From Candidatus Latescibacterota bacterium (GTDB taxonomy: Bacteria; Latescibacterota; UBA2968; GCA-2709665): a DNA stretch of 64,000 bases. The stretch spans positions 1,216,001 through 1,280,000 of the forward strand of contig OZ244744.1 of assembly GCA_965219455.1 (NCBI GenBank), read 5' to 3'. Position 1 is the stretch's first letter; every line of letters begins with the position of its first letter. A program made the position numbers and the translations under genes. The notes beneath the pieces are model-generated. The model did no database searches, was not told the DNA's origin, and saw only the letters and a list, made by a program, of their open reading frames with translations. Below, piece by piece: positions 21,216-31,562 of this stretch.

Positions 21216-21998
21216 CTACGGATAAGGGAAATTGCGATCCCTGTCGGCCCGGGACAGTTCGGCCAGAAACCTGCCCGTGCCGTCGATGCTTGAATCGATA
21301 ACAATCTTACCCTTTTCCCGGGAAGCCCTGCTTGCGTCTCCCCCGGCGGATGCCGGCATGTAAAGATGCCAGGGTCTCACAAAATCCACCTGGAACTCCG
21401 TCAGGACCTCCAGCGCCGGCCGCCTGCGCGGATTGTCGCCGATCTTTGCCGAATGGACGAGGTCGGGTCGCAAGTAGAGCATTTGAGACGTCTCATCCTC
21501 GCCCGCGTGGTCGCTTGGTTTCTCGCAAACCTGCCGCGCCTCCAACGACGCGCACGAAGATGCCTGGATCAGGCAGACGAACGCGCCGTCGGCGGCTGTC
21601 AGGTCGCGCATCGCCGCCCGGATCACGTCCGGATTGCCTCCGTGGGCATTCATGAATACCACCTTCTCGATGGCATCCGCCTCGCACATTTTCACGAGGT
21701 CCTTCAGCAGGGCCATAAACGTAGACACCTGCATGCGGCAGGCGAACGGAAAGGCGCGAAAATTGTTGTTCAGGCTGATGCGGACGGTGGGCAGACACAC
21801 CACGCGGCCCCCCTGCCTGTTCGCCTCCCGGGTGGCGCCGCAGGCGATCGCCTCTGCCCGATAGCTATCGGTTCCATACGGCAGCGCCGGACCGTGCGGT
21901 TCCGTTGACCCGATCGGAATCACGGCAACGTCCGGCTTCAGCCCGCGAACCTGGTCGATGGTCATTTCTTCGAGAATACCTGAGTAACTCTCAGCCAT
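21216..21998 (-). CDS. Creatininase family amidohydrolase
   Basis: PIGSTEPHGPALPYGTD, NAHGGN and HAGEDETS. Confidence 0.9.
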   Translation of the reverse strand: MAESYSGILEEMTIDQVRGLKPDVAVIPIGSTEPHGPALPYGTDSYRAEAIACGATREANRQGGRVVCLPTVRISLNNNFRAFPFACRMQVSTFMALLKDLVKMCEADAIEKVVFMNAHGGNPDVIRAAMRDLTAADGAFVCLIQASSCASLEARQVCEKPSDHAGEDETSQMLYLRPDLVHSAKIGDNPRRRPALEVLTEFQVDFVRPWHLYMPASAGGDASRASREKGKIVIDSSIDGTGRFLAELSRADRDRNFPYP

Positions 21999-22128
21999 GC
22001 GAACCTCCTGTCAAAAATTTGCGATCACAAGATAGGCCCGCATCCGGCCTCTGTCAAGATATCGCGGATCAGGGGCTTCCACGCGGCCCGCCGCGTGGAA
22101 AGTGGCGCTCCCACGCACAGACTTTTGC

Positions 22129-22157
22129 TTGACCCGCATTTGGGGATTCGGTAAATT
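22129..22157 (+). promoter_or_regulatory. Sigma70-like promoter of aroC
   Basis: TTGACC-17 nt-TAAATT. Confidence 0.5.
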
Positions 22158-22235
22158 GAGGCCGTTTCCGTCGAGGTGAGGCGACGGCTTCACGAACGGG
22201 AAATCCAGCCGCATACAGCAGGGAGCGAACGCCGC

Positions 22236-23315
22236 ATGGGCAACACTTTCGGTCACCTCTTCCGCATCACCACCTGGGGCGAATCCCACGGCGGCGGCGT
22301 AGGCGTCGTTGTTGACGGCTGCCCACCCAATCTCGAGATCACCTCACGGGAGATTCAGGCTGAACTGGACCGCCGCAGGCCCGGCCAGAGCAGAATCACC
22401 ACCCAGCGGAGAGAAGAAGACCGCGTCGAAATTCTATCCGGTGTCTTTGAAGGCAAGACCCTCGGCACACCCATCTCGCTGCTTGTGCGTAACAAAGACG
22501 CCCGCACCAAAGACTACGAGGAAGTGCGCGTAAAATACCGTCCGTCCCACGCCGACTACACCTACCAGGCAAAATACGGCATCCGCGACTGGCAGGGCGG
22601 CGGGCGGGCCAGTGCGCGCGAGACCATAGGTCGCGTGGCTGCCGGAGCGATCGCACGCAAAATCCTGCACCAGGCGCTTGGCGTGGAGATCCTGGCCTTT
22701 GTCAAACGCGTACGCAACCTGACGGCCGGCGTCGATCCCGACGTCGTCACCCGGGACCAGATCGAATCCAATATCGTACGCTGTCCCGACCCCGATATTG
22801 CGCATCGGATGATCGAACAGATCGAACAGGCAAGAAAAGACGGCGATTCCCTCGGCGGCGTCGTGGAAGCCGTAGCCCGCGGGGTGCCGCCCGGTCTGGG
22901 GGAACCCGTATTCGACAAACTGGAAGCCGACCTGGGCAAAGCCATCCTTTCTCTGCCGGCCTGTAAGGGATTTGAAATCGGATCGGGTTTTGCCGGTACA
23001 AAGCTCACCGGTTCCGCCCACAACGATCCATTCTTCAACGACGGAGACAGGATACGTACGCGTACCAACCGTTCCGGTGGCATTCAGGGCGGCATCTCCA
23101 ATGGCGAGAACATCGTCGTCCGCGCCGCCTTCAAACCGACGGCAACCATCCTCAAGTCACAGGAAACCGTGGATATTCACGGTAACGCGGCCACGTTGTC
23201 GGGCCGCGGCCGACACGATCCCTGCGTACTTCCCCGCGCGGTGCCGATGGTCGAATCCATGATTGCACTCGTCCTGGCCGACCACCATCTCCTCCACAAG
23301 GCCCGTAGTGAATGA
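22236..23315 (+). CDS. aroC: Chorismate synthase
   Basis: [32 protein letters not shown] and GRHDPCV. Confidence 0.97.
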   Translation: MGNTFGHLFRITTWGESHGGGVGVVVDGCPPNLEITSREIQAELDRRRPGQSRITTQRREEDRVEILSGVFEGKTLGTPISLLVRNKDARTKDYEEVRVKYRPSHADYTYQAKYGIRDWQGGGRASARETIGRVAAGAIARKILHQALGVEILAFVKRVRNLTAGVDPDVVTRDQIESNIVRCPDPDIAHRMIEQIEQARKDGDSLGGVVEAVARGVPPGLGEPVFDKLEADLGKAILSLPACKGFEIGSGFAGTKLTGSAHNDPFFNDGDRIRTRTNRSGGIQGGISNGENIVVRAAFKPTATILKSQETVDIHGNAATLSGRGRHDPCVLPRAVPMVESMIALVLADHHLLHKARSE

Positions 23316-23379
23316 GTCTGGCCCCGAATCGGGGTTCCCGGCGCCTCATCCGTTGTCACCGACACGCGGTTCAGTCTCT

Positions 23380-25038
23380 ATGGATCCACAGATATTCACA
23401 TGTACAAAGAACGGACGCCCTCTCGTTTATCGCTTCCCGTGGAAAAACTTCACGCACCTGCTCCAACAACGGGCAACCCATCGGGATGATCGCGCGGCCA
23501 TCATATTCCGCGACCTGGACCGGGAAAAACGGTCGGTTGTCACGTACGGCGATCTGGACCGACGGACCGCCGCGCTGGCCGGCCGTCTTCAAGGTGACTA
23601 CGGCATCCGTCCGGGAGACAGGGTGTCCCTGGCGATGCCCAATTGTCCCGAAATACTCCTGATCACCCATGCCCTCTTCCGTCTTGGCGCCGCCGCCGTC
23701 CCTCTGGATCTCAGGCGCGACGGGCGGGAACGAAAACGGTACAAACTACAAGACTCCCGCGCAAAATTGCTGTGCGTCCTTCCGGATCACCTGGATTCCG
23801 AACGGACAATCGCACCGGAGGTTCCCGTCGCGGCCACGGACAGCCTTCTTGCGGGCGAGGTTCATCGGACCACAGACCTGGAACCGGAATGGAGCGGAGA
23901 CGCCGTCGCGGAACAGGGCACCGGTATTATCCTGTATACGTCCGGAACGACCGGTAAGCCCAAGGGTGTCTTGCTCACGCGACAGAGCATTGTAAGCAAT
24001 GCGGATGGCATTCGCCGCTGGCTGCTTTTCGACGAAAACGAACGCCTCAGCCTGGTGCTGCCGCTGCACCACGTTAACTCAACTGTCTTCTCCATCGCGC
24101 TTTTCATGGTCGGCGGCACGCTCGTTCTCAACTCCCGCTACAGCACCTCCACTTTCTGGCCCGTCATTGCAGAAGAGAGAGCCACATCCAGCAGCATTGT
24201 TCCCACCATCATGCGGGATCTGCTTGCCGACGCCGCCGCGTTCGACGCGGCCGGTCACGACGTCTCCGCACTGAAGAAGATAATGATCGGCAGCGCGCCC
24301 GTTCCCGCGGGCCCTGCGGTGCGGTTCCACGATCATTTCGGCGTGCGCCTCATCCAGGGCTACGGCACCACCGAAGTCAGCCTTCGGGTAACCGGCGTTC
24401 CGCCCGACCTGCCCGAAAACGAATATCGGGAGGCTCTTGTACAGAACGCCGCGGGCGTAGAACTGAACAACAATAACGTCCGCCTCGAGGGCAACCCGCC
24501 GCCTGGCGAACTCGGGGAAATCCTGGTTCGCGGCCCGGTCGTATCGGGCGGGTACCTCAACCAGCCGGCCGCCACCGACGAAGTTTTCAAGGGGGGTTGG
24601 TTCCACACCGGCGATATCGGATACCGGCGCGCCATTGGGGGCCGCGATTTCTTCTTCGTTCATAGCCGAAAAAAGGAAATCGTTATCAAGGGCGGCGTTA
24701 ACATCTCCCCGATTGCCGTTGAAAACGCCCTTGTAGAAGCCTTTCCCGAGCTGGCCGCGGCCTACGTTACCGGCCTCGAGGACGAACGCTGGGGACAGGA
24801 GGTCTGCGCCGCGCTCGTCTTCCGCAACGGCATGGCGCCCAAGATACAGGAAGAAGCTGCAGGGAGGATTCTGAGCGCGGGACGGGCCGGAAAGGTAGCG
24901 AATCTCAGCCCCTACGAAGCGCCGTGCAAGACCATACCATTCAACCCCGACCGCCTGCCAATGACTTCCACGGGAAAGGTCCAGCGCAGCGCCCTGCGCG
25001 AAATCGTACAGGAAATTGTGAACCGGTCGGACGCCTGA
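23380..25038 (+). CDS. Class I adenylate-forming enzyme (acyl-CoA ligase-like)
   Basis: YTSGTTGKPKG, QGYGTTE, WFHTGDIG and TSTGKVQR. Confidence 0.9.
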   Translation: MDPQIFTCTKNGRPLVYRFPWKNFTHLLQQRATHRDDRAAIIFRDLDREKRSVVTYGDLDRRTAALAGRLQGDYGIRPGDRVSLAMPNCPEILLITHALFRLGAAAVPLDLRRDGRERKRYKLQDSRAKLLCVLPDHLDSERTIAPEVPVAATDSLLAGEVHRTTDLEPEWSGDAVAEQGTGIILYTSGTTGKPKGVLLTRQSIVSNADGIRRWLLFDENERLSLVLPLHHVNSTVFSIALFMVGGTLVLNSRYSTSTFWPVIAEERATSSSIVPTIMRDLLADAAAFDAAGHDVSALKKIMIGSAPVPAGPAVRFHDHFGVRLIQGYGTTEVSLRVTGVPPDLPENEYREALVQNAAGVELNNNNVRLEGNPPPGELGEILVRGPVVSGGYLNQPAATDEVFKGGWFHTGDIGYRRAIGGRDFFFVHSRKKEIVIKGGVNISPIAVENALVEAFPELAAAYVTGLEDERWGQEVCAALVFRNGMAPKIQEEAAGRILSAGRAGKVANLSPYEAPCKTIPFNPDRLPMTSTGKVQRSALREIVQEIVNRSDA

Positions 25039-25139
25039 CGGGTCCGATTCCGGAATTCGCGGTATGTAAATACCAGCTTCGGCCCGGCCTGGGATTCGAT
25101 CACGCTGCCGCCACGTCACTTCACTTACCGAGGAGTTGC

Positions 25140-26132
25140 ATGTCACGAAGATTCCTGCTGTCAGCCAACATGCAGAACCCCGAATTCGACTCAGAAAGCC
25201 GCCAGAAACACCTGGAAGACCTGGCCAACGTTGGCAGTGTGGACTACTACACGGGTGAACTCACGGAAAACGATGCGGATGGCGTGGTTGGCGTTATCGC
25301 GAGTTCCTCGCTTATTCACGAAAGTTTCTACGAAGCCGCGGCGGGCCTGCGCATCATTTCCCGCTGGGGTGTTGGTTACGAAAATGTCAACCTGGAGGCG
25401 GCCACCCGACACGGGGTTATCGTCACCATTTCCCCGGAGCACATGGTCACGGTAGCCGAATACGCCATTGCCCAGTGGATGGCAACGCTGAAAAGGGTCT
25501 ACACCCTGAACCAGCTCTCCCACAGCGGCGACTTCTCTCTCATCAGAACCTACGAAGCCGCTGAAACCACGCTTGGCCTGTTCGGATTCGGCCGCATCGG
25601 TCAGGCCGTCGCCGAACGTGCGAAACCTCTTCTGGGTGAAAGGGGGCGCCTGCTCGTATACGACGTACGGCCGGACATTGCCGAACTGGCGTCCCGGTTC
25701 GGGGCCGAACCGGTCGGCGATCCTATCGACCTGTTCAGGGAGTGCGACACCGTGTCCCTGCACGTTTCCGGGGCCGACACCATCGTCACATACGAACTCC
25801 TTTGCGCCATGCAGCCCCATGCCTCACTTATCAACCCCTCCCGGGGCACCCTCGTAGACGACGTCGCCGTCAACCGCGCCATTGTCGAAAGGCGCCTCTG
25901 GTACTACGTGGTAGACGACCCTGTAGACGGCCCTCGAGCCATCCACAAGGGGCACCCACGCATCATCTGTACCAACCACAACGCCGGAATGACTGACGCT
26001 TCGGCTGTACGCCTGGATCACAGGACCTTCGGGCAACTCACCGACGCCATGGAGGGTCGGGAACCTGCGCACATCATCAATCCGGACGTATTGAACCACC
26101 CCAGGGTCAGATCTTTTCTCGGCAGAAGTTAG
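25140..26132 (+). CDS. D-isomer 2-hydroxyacid dehydrogenase family protein
   Basis: RWGVGYENV, GLFGFGRIG and INPSRG; GAGGAG RBS. Confidence 0.85.
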   Translation: MSRRFLLSANMQNPEFDSESRQKHLEDLANVGSVDYYTGELTENDADGVVGVIASSSLIHESFYEAAAGLRIISRWGVGYENVNLEAATRHGVIVTISPEHMVTVAEYAIAQWMATLKRVYTLNQLSHSGDFSLIRTYEAAETTLGLFGFGRIGQAVAERAKPLLGERGRLLVYDVRPDIAELASRFGAEPVGDPIDLFRECDTVSLHVSGADTIVTYELLCAMQPHASLINPSRGTLVDDVAVNRAIVERRLWYYVVDDPVDGPRAIHKGHPRIICTNHNAGMTDASAVRLDHRTFGQLTDAMEGREPAHIINPDVLNHPRVRSFLGRS

Positions 26133-26199
26133 ACAAAAACGTCGTCACTTGAACTATGGCGACAGATATGGCGTCCACCTGACCCCGCTCGCTACTGCC

Positions 26200-26517
26200 A
26201 TGCGCGGCATCTTCTCCATTCTATTTCGCCTGCCCCAATACATCAGACTCTCCTGGCGCCTGATGAAAGACCCGCGTGTGCCATGGTATAGCAAACTGCT
26301 GGTCTTTCTCATCATACTCTATGGGATATCTCCGGTGGATCTGTTGCCGGAAGCGTTGTTCCCACACCTGGGCTATGGCGAAGATATCCTGTTGTTCCTG
26401 CTGGCGATCCAGCAACTGATCAGAAGCAGCCCGCCGGATGTTGTCACCGGGCACGCCAGTGATATTGCGAAGAAAAAACGTCGCGGTGAAGAAAACGGTC
26501 CAGGCGCGGCGACGTGA
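26200..26517 (+). CDS. YkvA/DUF1232 family membrane protein
   Basis: RLMKDPRVPWYSK...YGISPVDLLPE...LGYGED. Confidence 0.85.
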   Translation: MRGIFSILFRLPQYIRLSWRLMKDPRVPWYSKLLVFLIILYGISPVDLLPEALFPHLGYGEDILLFLLAIQQLIRSSPPDVVTGHASDIAKKKRRGEENGPGAAT

Positions 26518-26535
26518 TATTGAACCCGTAGATCC

Positions 26536-27624
26536 ATGAATGTGAACCCGACAAAACGTGCGGCGATTAAACGAAGCCTGCTCGCCTGGTATCGACGAGA
26601 GAAGCGGGATCTTCCGTGGCGGGATGCGACTGATCCATACCACGTCCTGCTCTCCGAGTTCATGCTTCAGCAGACACAGGTCAAAACCGTCATACCGTAT
26701 TACAGGCGTTTCCTGAGAGATTTCCCCACGGTGCAGGACCTCGCCCGAACGCCGCATGATCGCGTTCTCAAGGCCTGGGAGGGCCTCGGATACTATACGC
26801 GCGCCCGAAATCTGCACCGAACGGCTCAGTACATCGTGGACAGATTCAACGGCACCGTGCCCGATGTCTATGACGATCTCTCCTCCCTGCCCGGTTTCGG
26901 CCCGTATACCACGGCCGCGGTCCTGAGTATCGCCTACGACCGGGATTACGCCGTACTCGACGGTAACGTCATTCGCGTTCTCTGCCGCCTCTTCGATATT
27001 CAGGACGATATCGCACAGACCCGCACCAGAACGCATCTCCAGAAACTGGCCGACAAGCTGCTGCACAGCGGCGACGCCGGCGAGTACAACCAGGCGATCA
27101 TGGAACTGGGCGCAACGGTCTGCCGCCCGCGAGCCCCCCGCTGCAGTTCCTGTCCGATCGACGAACATTGCGCCGCGTTTCAAGCCGGGACCGCGGAATC
27201 GCTCCCGGTCAGAGCCCCGAGGAAACCGCGTCCCCACCACATCCTGGGGGTGGGAATCGTATCCTGGAAAAACAAATTCCTGATCGCCCGCCGGCCGGAA
27301 ACCGGCCTTCTCGGGGGGCTCTGGGAATTTCCCTCGGCCCGTCAGTTGCAAGACGAGGCCCTGAGCGACACCTGCATTCGCGCCGTACGCGAGGCAACCT
27401 GTGTCGACGCGGCGGTTCGGAACCGGTTCAGAACCGTCAGACACGGCTTCACCCACTTCAGCGTGACCATGCATGCCTTTCAATGCGAGTACAGAGGCGG
27501 CAAAGCCCGCGCGGGCAACTGTTCGGACGTAAGATGGGTCCCACCGGACATTCTCGGAGACTACGCTTTTTCCCGGGCGAACCGGAAACTCATCGAATTC
27601 ATGGACCGGACGGAACTCCTATGA
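26536..27624 (+). CDS. mutY: A/G-specific adenine glycosylase
   Basis: SEFMLQQT, WEGLGYY, LPGFGPYTT, Fe-S motif C-x6-C-x2-C-x5-C and C-terminal GLLGGLWEFP. Confidence 0.96.
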   Translation: MNVNPTKRAAIKRSLLAWYRREKRDLPWRDATDPYHVLLSEFMLQQTQVKTVIPYYRRFLRDFPTVQDLARTPHDRVLKAWEGLGYYTRARNLHRTAQYIVDRFNGTVPDVYDDLSSLPGFGPYTTAAVLSIAYDRDYAVLDGNVIRVLCRLFDIQDDIAQTRTRTHLQKLADKLLHSGDAGEYNQAIMELGATVCRPRAPRCSSCPIDEHCAAFQAGTAESLPVRAPRKPRPHHILGVGIVSWKNKFLIARRPETGLLGGLWEFPSARQLQDEALSDTCIRAVREATCVDAAVRNRFRTVRHGFTHFSVTMHAFQCEYRGGKARAGNCSDVRWVPPDILGDYAFSRANRKLIEFMDRTELL

Positions 27625-27646
27625 CTCTCTAATTGAAAGTACGACC

Positions 27647-28384
27647 ATGTCACAAACGTTTATGGACCTCACCGGCCGCGTAGCCCTCGTCACCGGCGCC
27701 GCCAGGGGCATCGGATCCGCCATCGCCGAACGCCTGGCCACCGCAGGCGCAACGGTCGCTATCGCGGACATCGACCCGGCCACTGCCGGATCTTCCACCA
27801 TCAGCCTGGTCCTGAAGGCAGATGTCTCCAGCAGCGAAGACGTCACCCGCATGGTGAATACCGTGCTGGAACGCCTGGGGCAGATCGATATCCTGGTCAA
27901 TAACGCCGGCGTTGTGGGTCCGGAGGCGCCCGTGCGGGATCTGGGCGAAGCGGACTGGGATCGTGTATTGAACACCAACCTCAAGGGCGTCTTCCTCTGC
28001 TCGCGCGCGGTCATTGGACACATGGTGGAACGCAGCCAGGGCGCAATCGTATCCATCGCCTCAATCTCGGGCAAAGAAGGAAACGCCAACATGGCGGCAT
28101 ACTCGGTCTCCAAAGCCGGTGTCATCTGTTTTACCAAGACGCTGGCCAAAGAGGTGCTCGACCACAACATCCGTGTCAACTGCGTCGCGCCCGCACTCAT
28201 CGAAACCGAGATGACCCTGAGCCTGGATCCGGAACGGGCCGCCTTTCTGACATCCAAAATACCGATGGGCCGCCTCGGCAAACCCGACGAGGTCGCCGCA
28301 CTCGTACACTTTCTGGCCTCCGATGAAGCCACCTTTACAACGGGGCAGTGTTATGACGTCAGCGGCGGACGGGCCACGTATTAA
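27647..28384 (+). CDS. SDR family oxidoreductase (FabG-like)
   Basis: TGAARGIG, NNAG and YSVSK motifs. Confidence 0.92.
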   Translation: MSQTFMDLTGRVALVTGAARGIGSAIAERLATAGATVAIADIDPATAGSSTISLVLKADVSSSEDVTRMVNTVLERLGQIDILVNNAGVVGPEAPVRDLGEADWDRVLNTNLKGVFLCSRAVIGHMVERSQGAIVSIASISGKEGNANMAAYSVSKAGVICFTKTLAKEVLDHNIRVNCVAPALIETEMTLSLDPERAAFLTSKIPMGRLGKPDEVAALVHFLASDEATFTTGQCYDVSGGRATY

Positions 28385-28410
28385 ACGGAATTCCCAAATG
28401 GGAGAATAGT

Positions 28411-28440
28411 GAAGGCCCGGACAGACGTCCGGGCCTTTCT
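28411..28440. terminator. Terminator hairpin between convergent genes
   Basis: GAAGGCCCGGAC-AGAC-GTCCGGGCCTTTCT. Confidence 0.65.
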
Positions 28441-28473
28441 GTGTTGAACCTATGCCTGTCTTCACACCCTTTG

Positions 28474-28638
28474 CTAACCCAGCGGTCGTGCGGTCCAGAC
28501 GTCACGCATATAGACAATGAGAGCGGCAAACAAAGTAACCACAATCGCAATACCTACCGCCAGAAGAACCAGAAAAATCCTCGAAGGAGGCCTCCTGGGG
28601 TCGCCTGGCGGATACGATTTGAAAGGATCGGGGTCCAT
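28474..28638 (-). CDS. Small single-pass membrane protein (54 aa)
   Basis: Not in the ORF track. MDPDPFKSYPPGDPRRPPSRIFLVLLAVGIAIVVTLFAALIVYMRDVWTARPLG*, with a GAAAGGG RBS-like site; ends just before the terminator. Confidence 0.55.
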   Translation of the reverse strand: MDPDPFKSYPPGDPRRPPSRIFLVLLAVGIAIVVTLFAALIVYMRDVWTARPLG

Positions 28639-28731
28639 CGCGCCCTTTCAGGTTCCAGTTTCGCTCCGGCGACGGAAGGTTTCCCGCACCACGACCGGAA
28701 ACCGCCGATGGAGCGAGAGGCATTGTCGGGT

Positions 28732-29982
28732 CTACATCCTGATCGCCTCAACCGGGTCCAGCGCGGCGGCATCTCTGGCCGGGAACAGCGTAAACAGATA
28801 ACAGATCAACGCGGCGGACGCCGAGATTGCAAAAAAATCAGACACCTGCATCTCCACGGGCAGCGCCTGGGTGATCAACACGTCTCCCGGAATTTTCAGG
28901 AGCTCGAACCGCTGCTGCGTCCAGCACAGGGCAAGACCCAGCAGATTGCCCAGCAACACGCCGGACAGCCCGACAGCCAGACCCTGCCAGGTAAAAATCC
29001 GACCGATCTTCCGCGGCGGCACCCCCAGGGCCTTCAGAATGCCAATCTCCCGGCGCCTTTCCGCCACGTTCATGGTCAGCACGCTGACGATGTTGAAGCC
29101 CGCGACCACCACGATCAGCCCGATACCCAGAAAACTCGCCCACTTCTCCAGATGAATTGAAAAATACAGGTTGCCGTGGTCCCGCATCCAGGGATGCACG
29201 GCAAGCGCCGGATCCAGCCGCCCGGCTGCCTTCTCAACGACGCTGCTGATTTCCTGGGCCCTGAAGGCATCTCCGAACCGAAGGCGGACACCTGTAATCT
29301 GGCGCTCCCAACCCAGATCTCTTCGGGCAGCCATAAGCGAAACATAGGCCAATCCGCTATCGAACTCAGGGTTACCCGAACTGAAGATGCCAGTGACTAT
29401 GTAACGTCGAAACCGCGTCTGAGCGGCGAAAATCTCATGCGGCAAGATCCACAGATGCACTTCCGAGCCCACCCGTACGCCCAGTTGATCGGCCAGATAG
29501 CGCCCGATCAGAATCCCGTACATCCGCCCTCGGCCTTCCGTTTCCTGGGGGCCGAGGTCCAGAGCGCCTCCCCAGATATGGTCCGCCAGGTCGCTTACCG
29601 CCTTCAGTCCGTCCGGCGTCACGCCCCTCACCATCACACCGGCGCTATATACCTCGTCTTCAAAGGACCTGTGCAATACGGCGCCCTCCGAAGCCACAAA
29701 CGGCGAAACGGCAGCAACCTGGGGATGGGCGGCCAGGGCGGCAAGTAGCGCCTGTGGATCTTCGATCCGTTGCCCCCCTTTCTTCCTCACCGTCGCGTGT
29801 GCGTTCACTCCCAGCAACCGGTCCCATACCAGGGCCGAAAAACCGTTCGAAACCGACAAGACGATGACCAGCGCCGCCACGCCCAGGCCCACGCCCATAA
29901 CCGCCACCATCACCGTGAACGACACCCGTTTCCGGCGGCGCATGGAGCGCAGATACCGCCGCGCAATCAACAATTCATACAT
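28732..29982 (-). CDS. Lipoprotein-releasing ABC permease (LolC/E, FtsX-like)
   Basis: IARRYL, ALVIVLSVSNGF, REIGILKALG and AALDPVEAIR. Confidence 0.9.
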   Translation of the reverse strand: MYELLIARRYLRSMRRRKRVSFTVMVAVMGVGLGVAALVIVLSVSNGFSALVWDRLLGVNAHATVRKKGGQRIEDPQALLAALAAHPQVAAVSPFVASEGAVLHRSFEDEVYSAGVMVRGVTPDGLKAVSDLADHIWGGALDLGPQETEGRGRMYGILIGRYLADQLGVRVGSEVHLWILPHEIFAAQTRFRRYIVTGIFSSGNPEFDSGLAYVSLMAARRDLGWERQITGVRLRFGDAFRAQEISSVVEKAAGRLDPALAVHPWMRDHGNLYFSIHLEKWASFLGIGLIVVVAGFNIVSVLTMNVAERRREIGILKALGVPPRKIGRIFTWQGLAVGLSGVLLGNLLGLALCWTQQRFELLKIPGDVLITQALPVEMQVSDFFAISASAALICYLFTLFPARDAAALDPVEAIRM

Positions 29983-30107
29983 CGCCGGTCCCCCGTCCTG
30001 GCCGCCGGGCATTGTCAGGAACCGTGGGCACGTCCCTCTGCCTGGCTATTGAGGAGACCTCGACGCAGACTGGCGCACTGCGCCCGGGGGCCGACATGCG
30101 CCAACGA

Positions 30108-31367
30108 TCACTCATAGCGGATCGCATCCACCGGATCCAGCGCGGCCGCATCCCGGGACGGAAAGAGGCTGAAGAGGTAACAGATGAGAACCGCGCACAG
30201 GGAAACCAGCCCGAAATCCTCGGGGCGCATCTCCACCGGCAACGAACTGACATAGTAGACCTCACCCGGTATGCGAATGATTTCGAACCGCTTCTGAATC
30301 CAGCACAGCGCAAACCCCAGCAAATTGCCCATCGCGATACCGGACAGGCCCACCACCAGCCCCTCGAGGGTAAAAATCCGGCCGATCCGACCCGGGATCA
30401 TTCCCATTGCCTTCAGAATTCCGATCTCCCGGCGACGATCGGTCACGTTCATCGTTAAAATACTGATTATGTTGAAGCCCCCCACCACCACTATCAGACT
30501 CAGAATCAGGAAAAAGGTCCACTTCTGCAACTGGATCAATACGTAAAAATTCCCAAAATTTCGTGTCCAGGAAGTGGCGAACAGACCGGGATAGGTCTCA
30601 CGCAGAACCTGTCTGAACGTCTCGCCGAGCCTGTCGGCTGCCATCGGATCCTGCAATCGCAGGCGAATACCGGTTACGACGTCCTGCCAACCCAGATCTC
30701 GTCTTGCGGCCGCGAGAGAAATATAGATCAGTCGGGAATCGAACTCAAAATAACCCGTATTGAAGACCCCGGTCACCCGGTAACGCTGCCACCGGCGTCC
30801 CCGGCCGCCGAGAACATCCTTCGGAACCAGACCCAGGAACACGTCGGCGCCGGGGCCAACGCCCAGCTTTTGCGCCAGGACCTGGCCCAACAGAATCCCG
30901 TGTACCGCCCGCGAACCCCCGTTCTCCCGTGGACCGAGATCTATTGTTCCTTCCTGGATATAGGTCCTGACGTCGCTCGTACGGAGAAAACCCGCCGGAT
31001 CCACACCACGCACCAGCACGCCCGACTTCACCGCCCCCTCTCCGGCGGGCTTCCGGAAGACAAACCCCTCCGCGTGGATATATGGCGACGCCGCGAGCAC
31101 TTCAGGGTGGTCTTCCAGGGTGCGGATAACCGGCTTATAATCCACAATCGGCTTGCGATAGGACTTGCGCACGGTCACGTGCGCGTTCACCCCCAGCAGA
31201 CGCTGGCGGATCATATTTGTATATCCGTTCATGACGGACATGACAATCACCAGCGATGACACACCCAGCGCCACGCCGATCGCGGCGATACATATCGTAA
31301 ATGAGATCCGCCGCCGGGCGCGCAGAGACCGGAAATGCCTGCGCGCGATCATGAACTCGAGGTTCAT
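30108..31367 (-). CDS. Lipoprotein-releasing ABC permease (LolC/E, FtsX-like)
   Basis: IARRHF, VMSVMNGY, REIGILKAMG and AALDPVDAIRYE; paralog of the downstream gene. Confidence 0.9.
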   Translation of the reverse strand: MNLEFMIARRHFRSLRARRRISFTICIAAIGVALGVSSLVIVMSVMNGYTNMIRQRLLGVNAHVTVRKSYRKPIVDYKPVIRTLEDHPEVLAASPYIHAEGFVFRKPAGEGAVKSGVLVRGVDPAGFLRTSDVRTYIQEGTIDLGPRENGGSRAVHGILLGQVLAQKLGVGPGADVFLGLVPKDVLGGRGRRWQRYRVTGVFNTGYFEFDSRLIYISLAAARRDLGWQDVVTGIRLRLQDPMAADRLGETFRQVLRETYPGLFATSWTRNFGNFYVLIQLQKWTFFLILSLIVVVGGFNIISILTMNVTDRRREIGILKAMGMIPGRIGRIFTLEGLVVGLSGIAMGNLLGFALCWIQKRFEIIRIPGEVYYVSSLPVEMRPEDFGLVSLCAVLICYLFSLFPSRDAAALDPVDAIRYE

Positions 31368-31562
31368 CCGGTCCTCCAACAAGTGTCCCTTCGGCACGAC
31401 TTCGTCCATACTTCAGACAACAGTCGGAACCGCACCGCCGCCACATACAAAAAATCCCGATCTGAAAACAAGGTGCTGTTCAGGACCGGAATATACGGGC
31501 GCTTCGCCCACCCGGCGCCAAAGCCCCGGTGCGGACATCCCATTAAATTGTCGACTACGAAA

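Noticed and set aside
23380-25038. menE assignment for the ligase after aroC
   Set aside because: Only generic adenylate-forming motifs, and no other men genes in the window.
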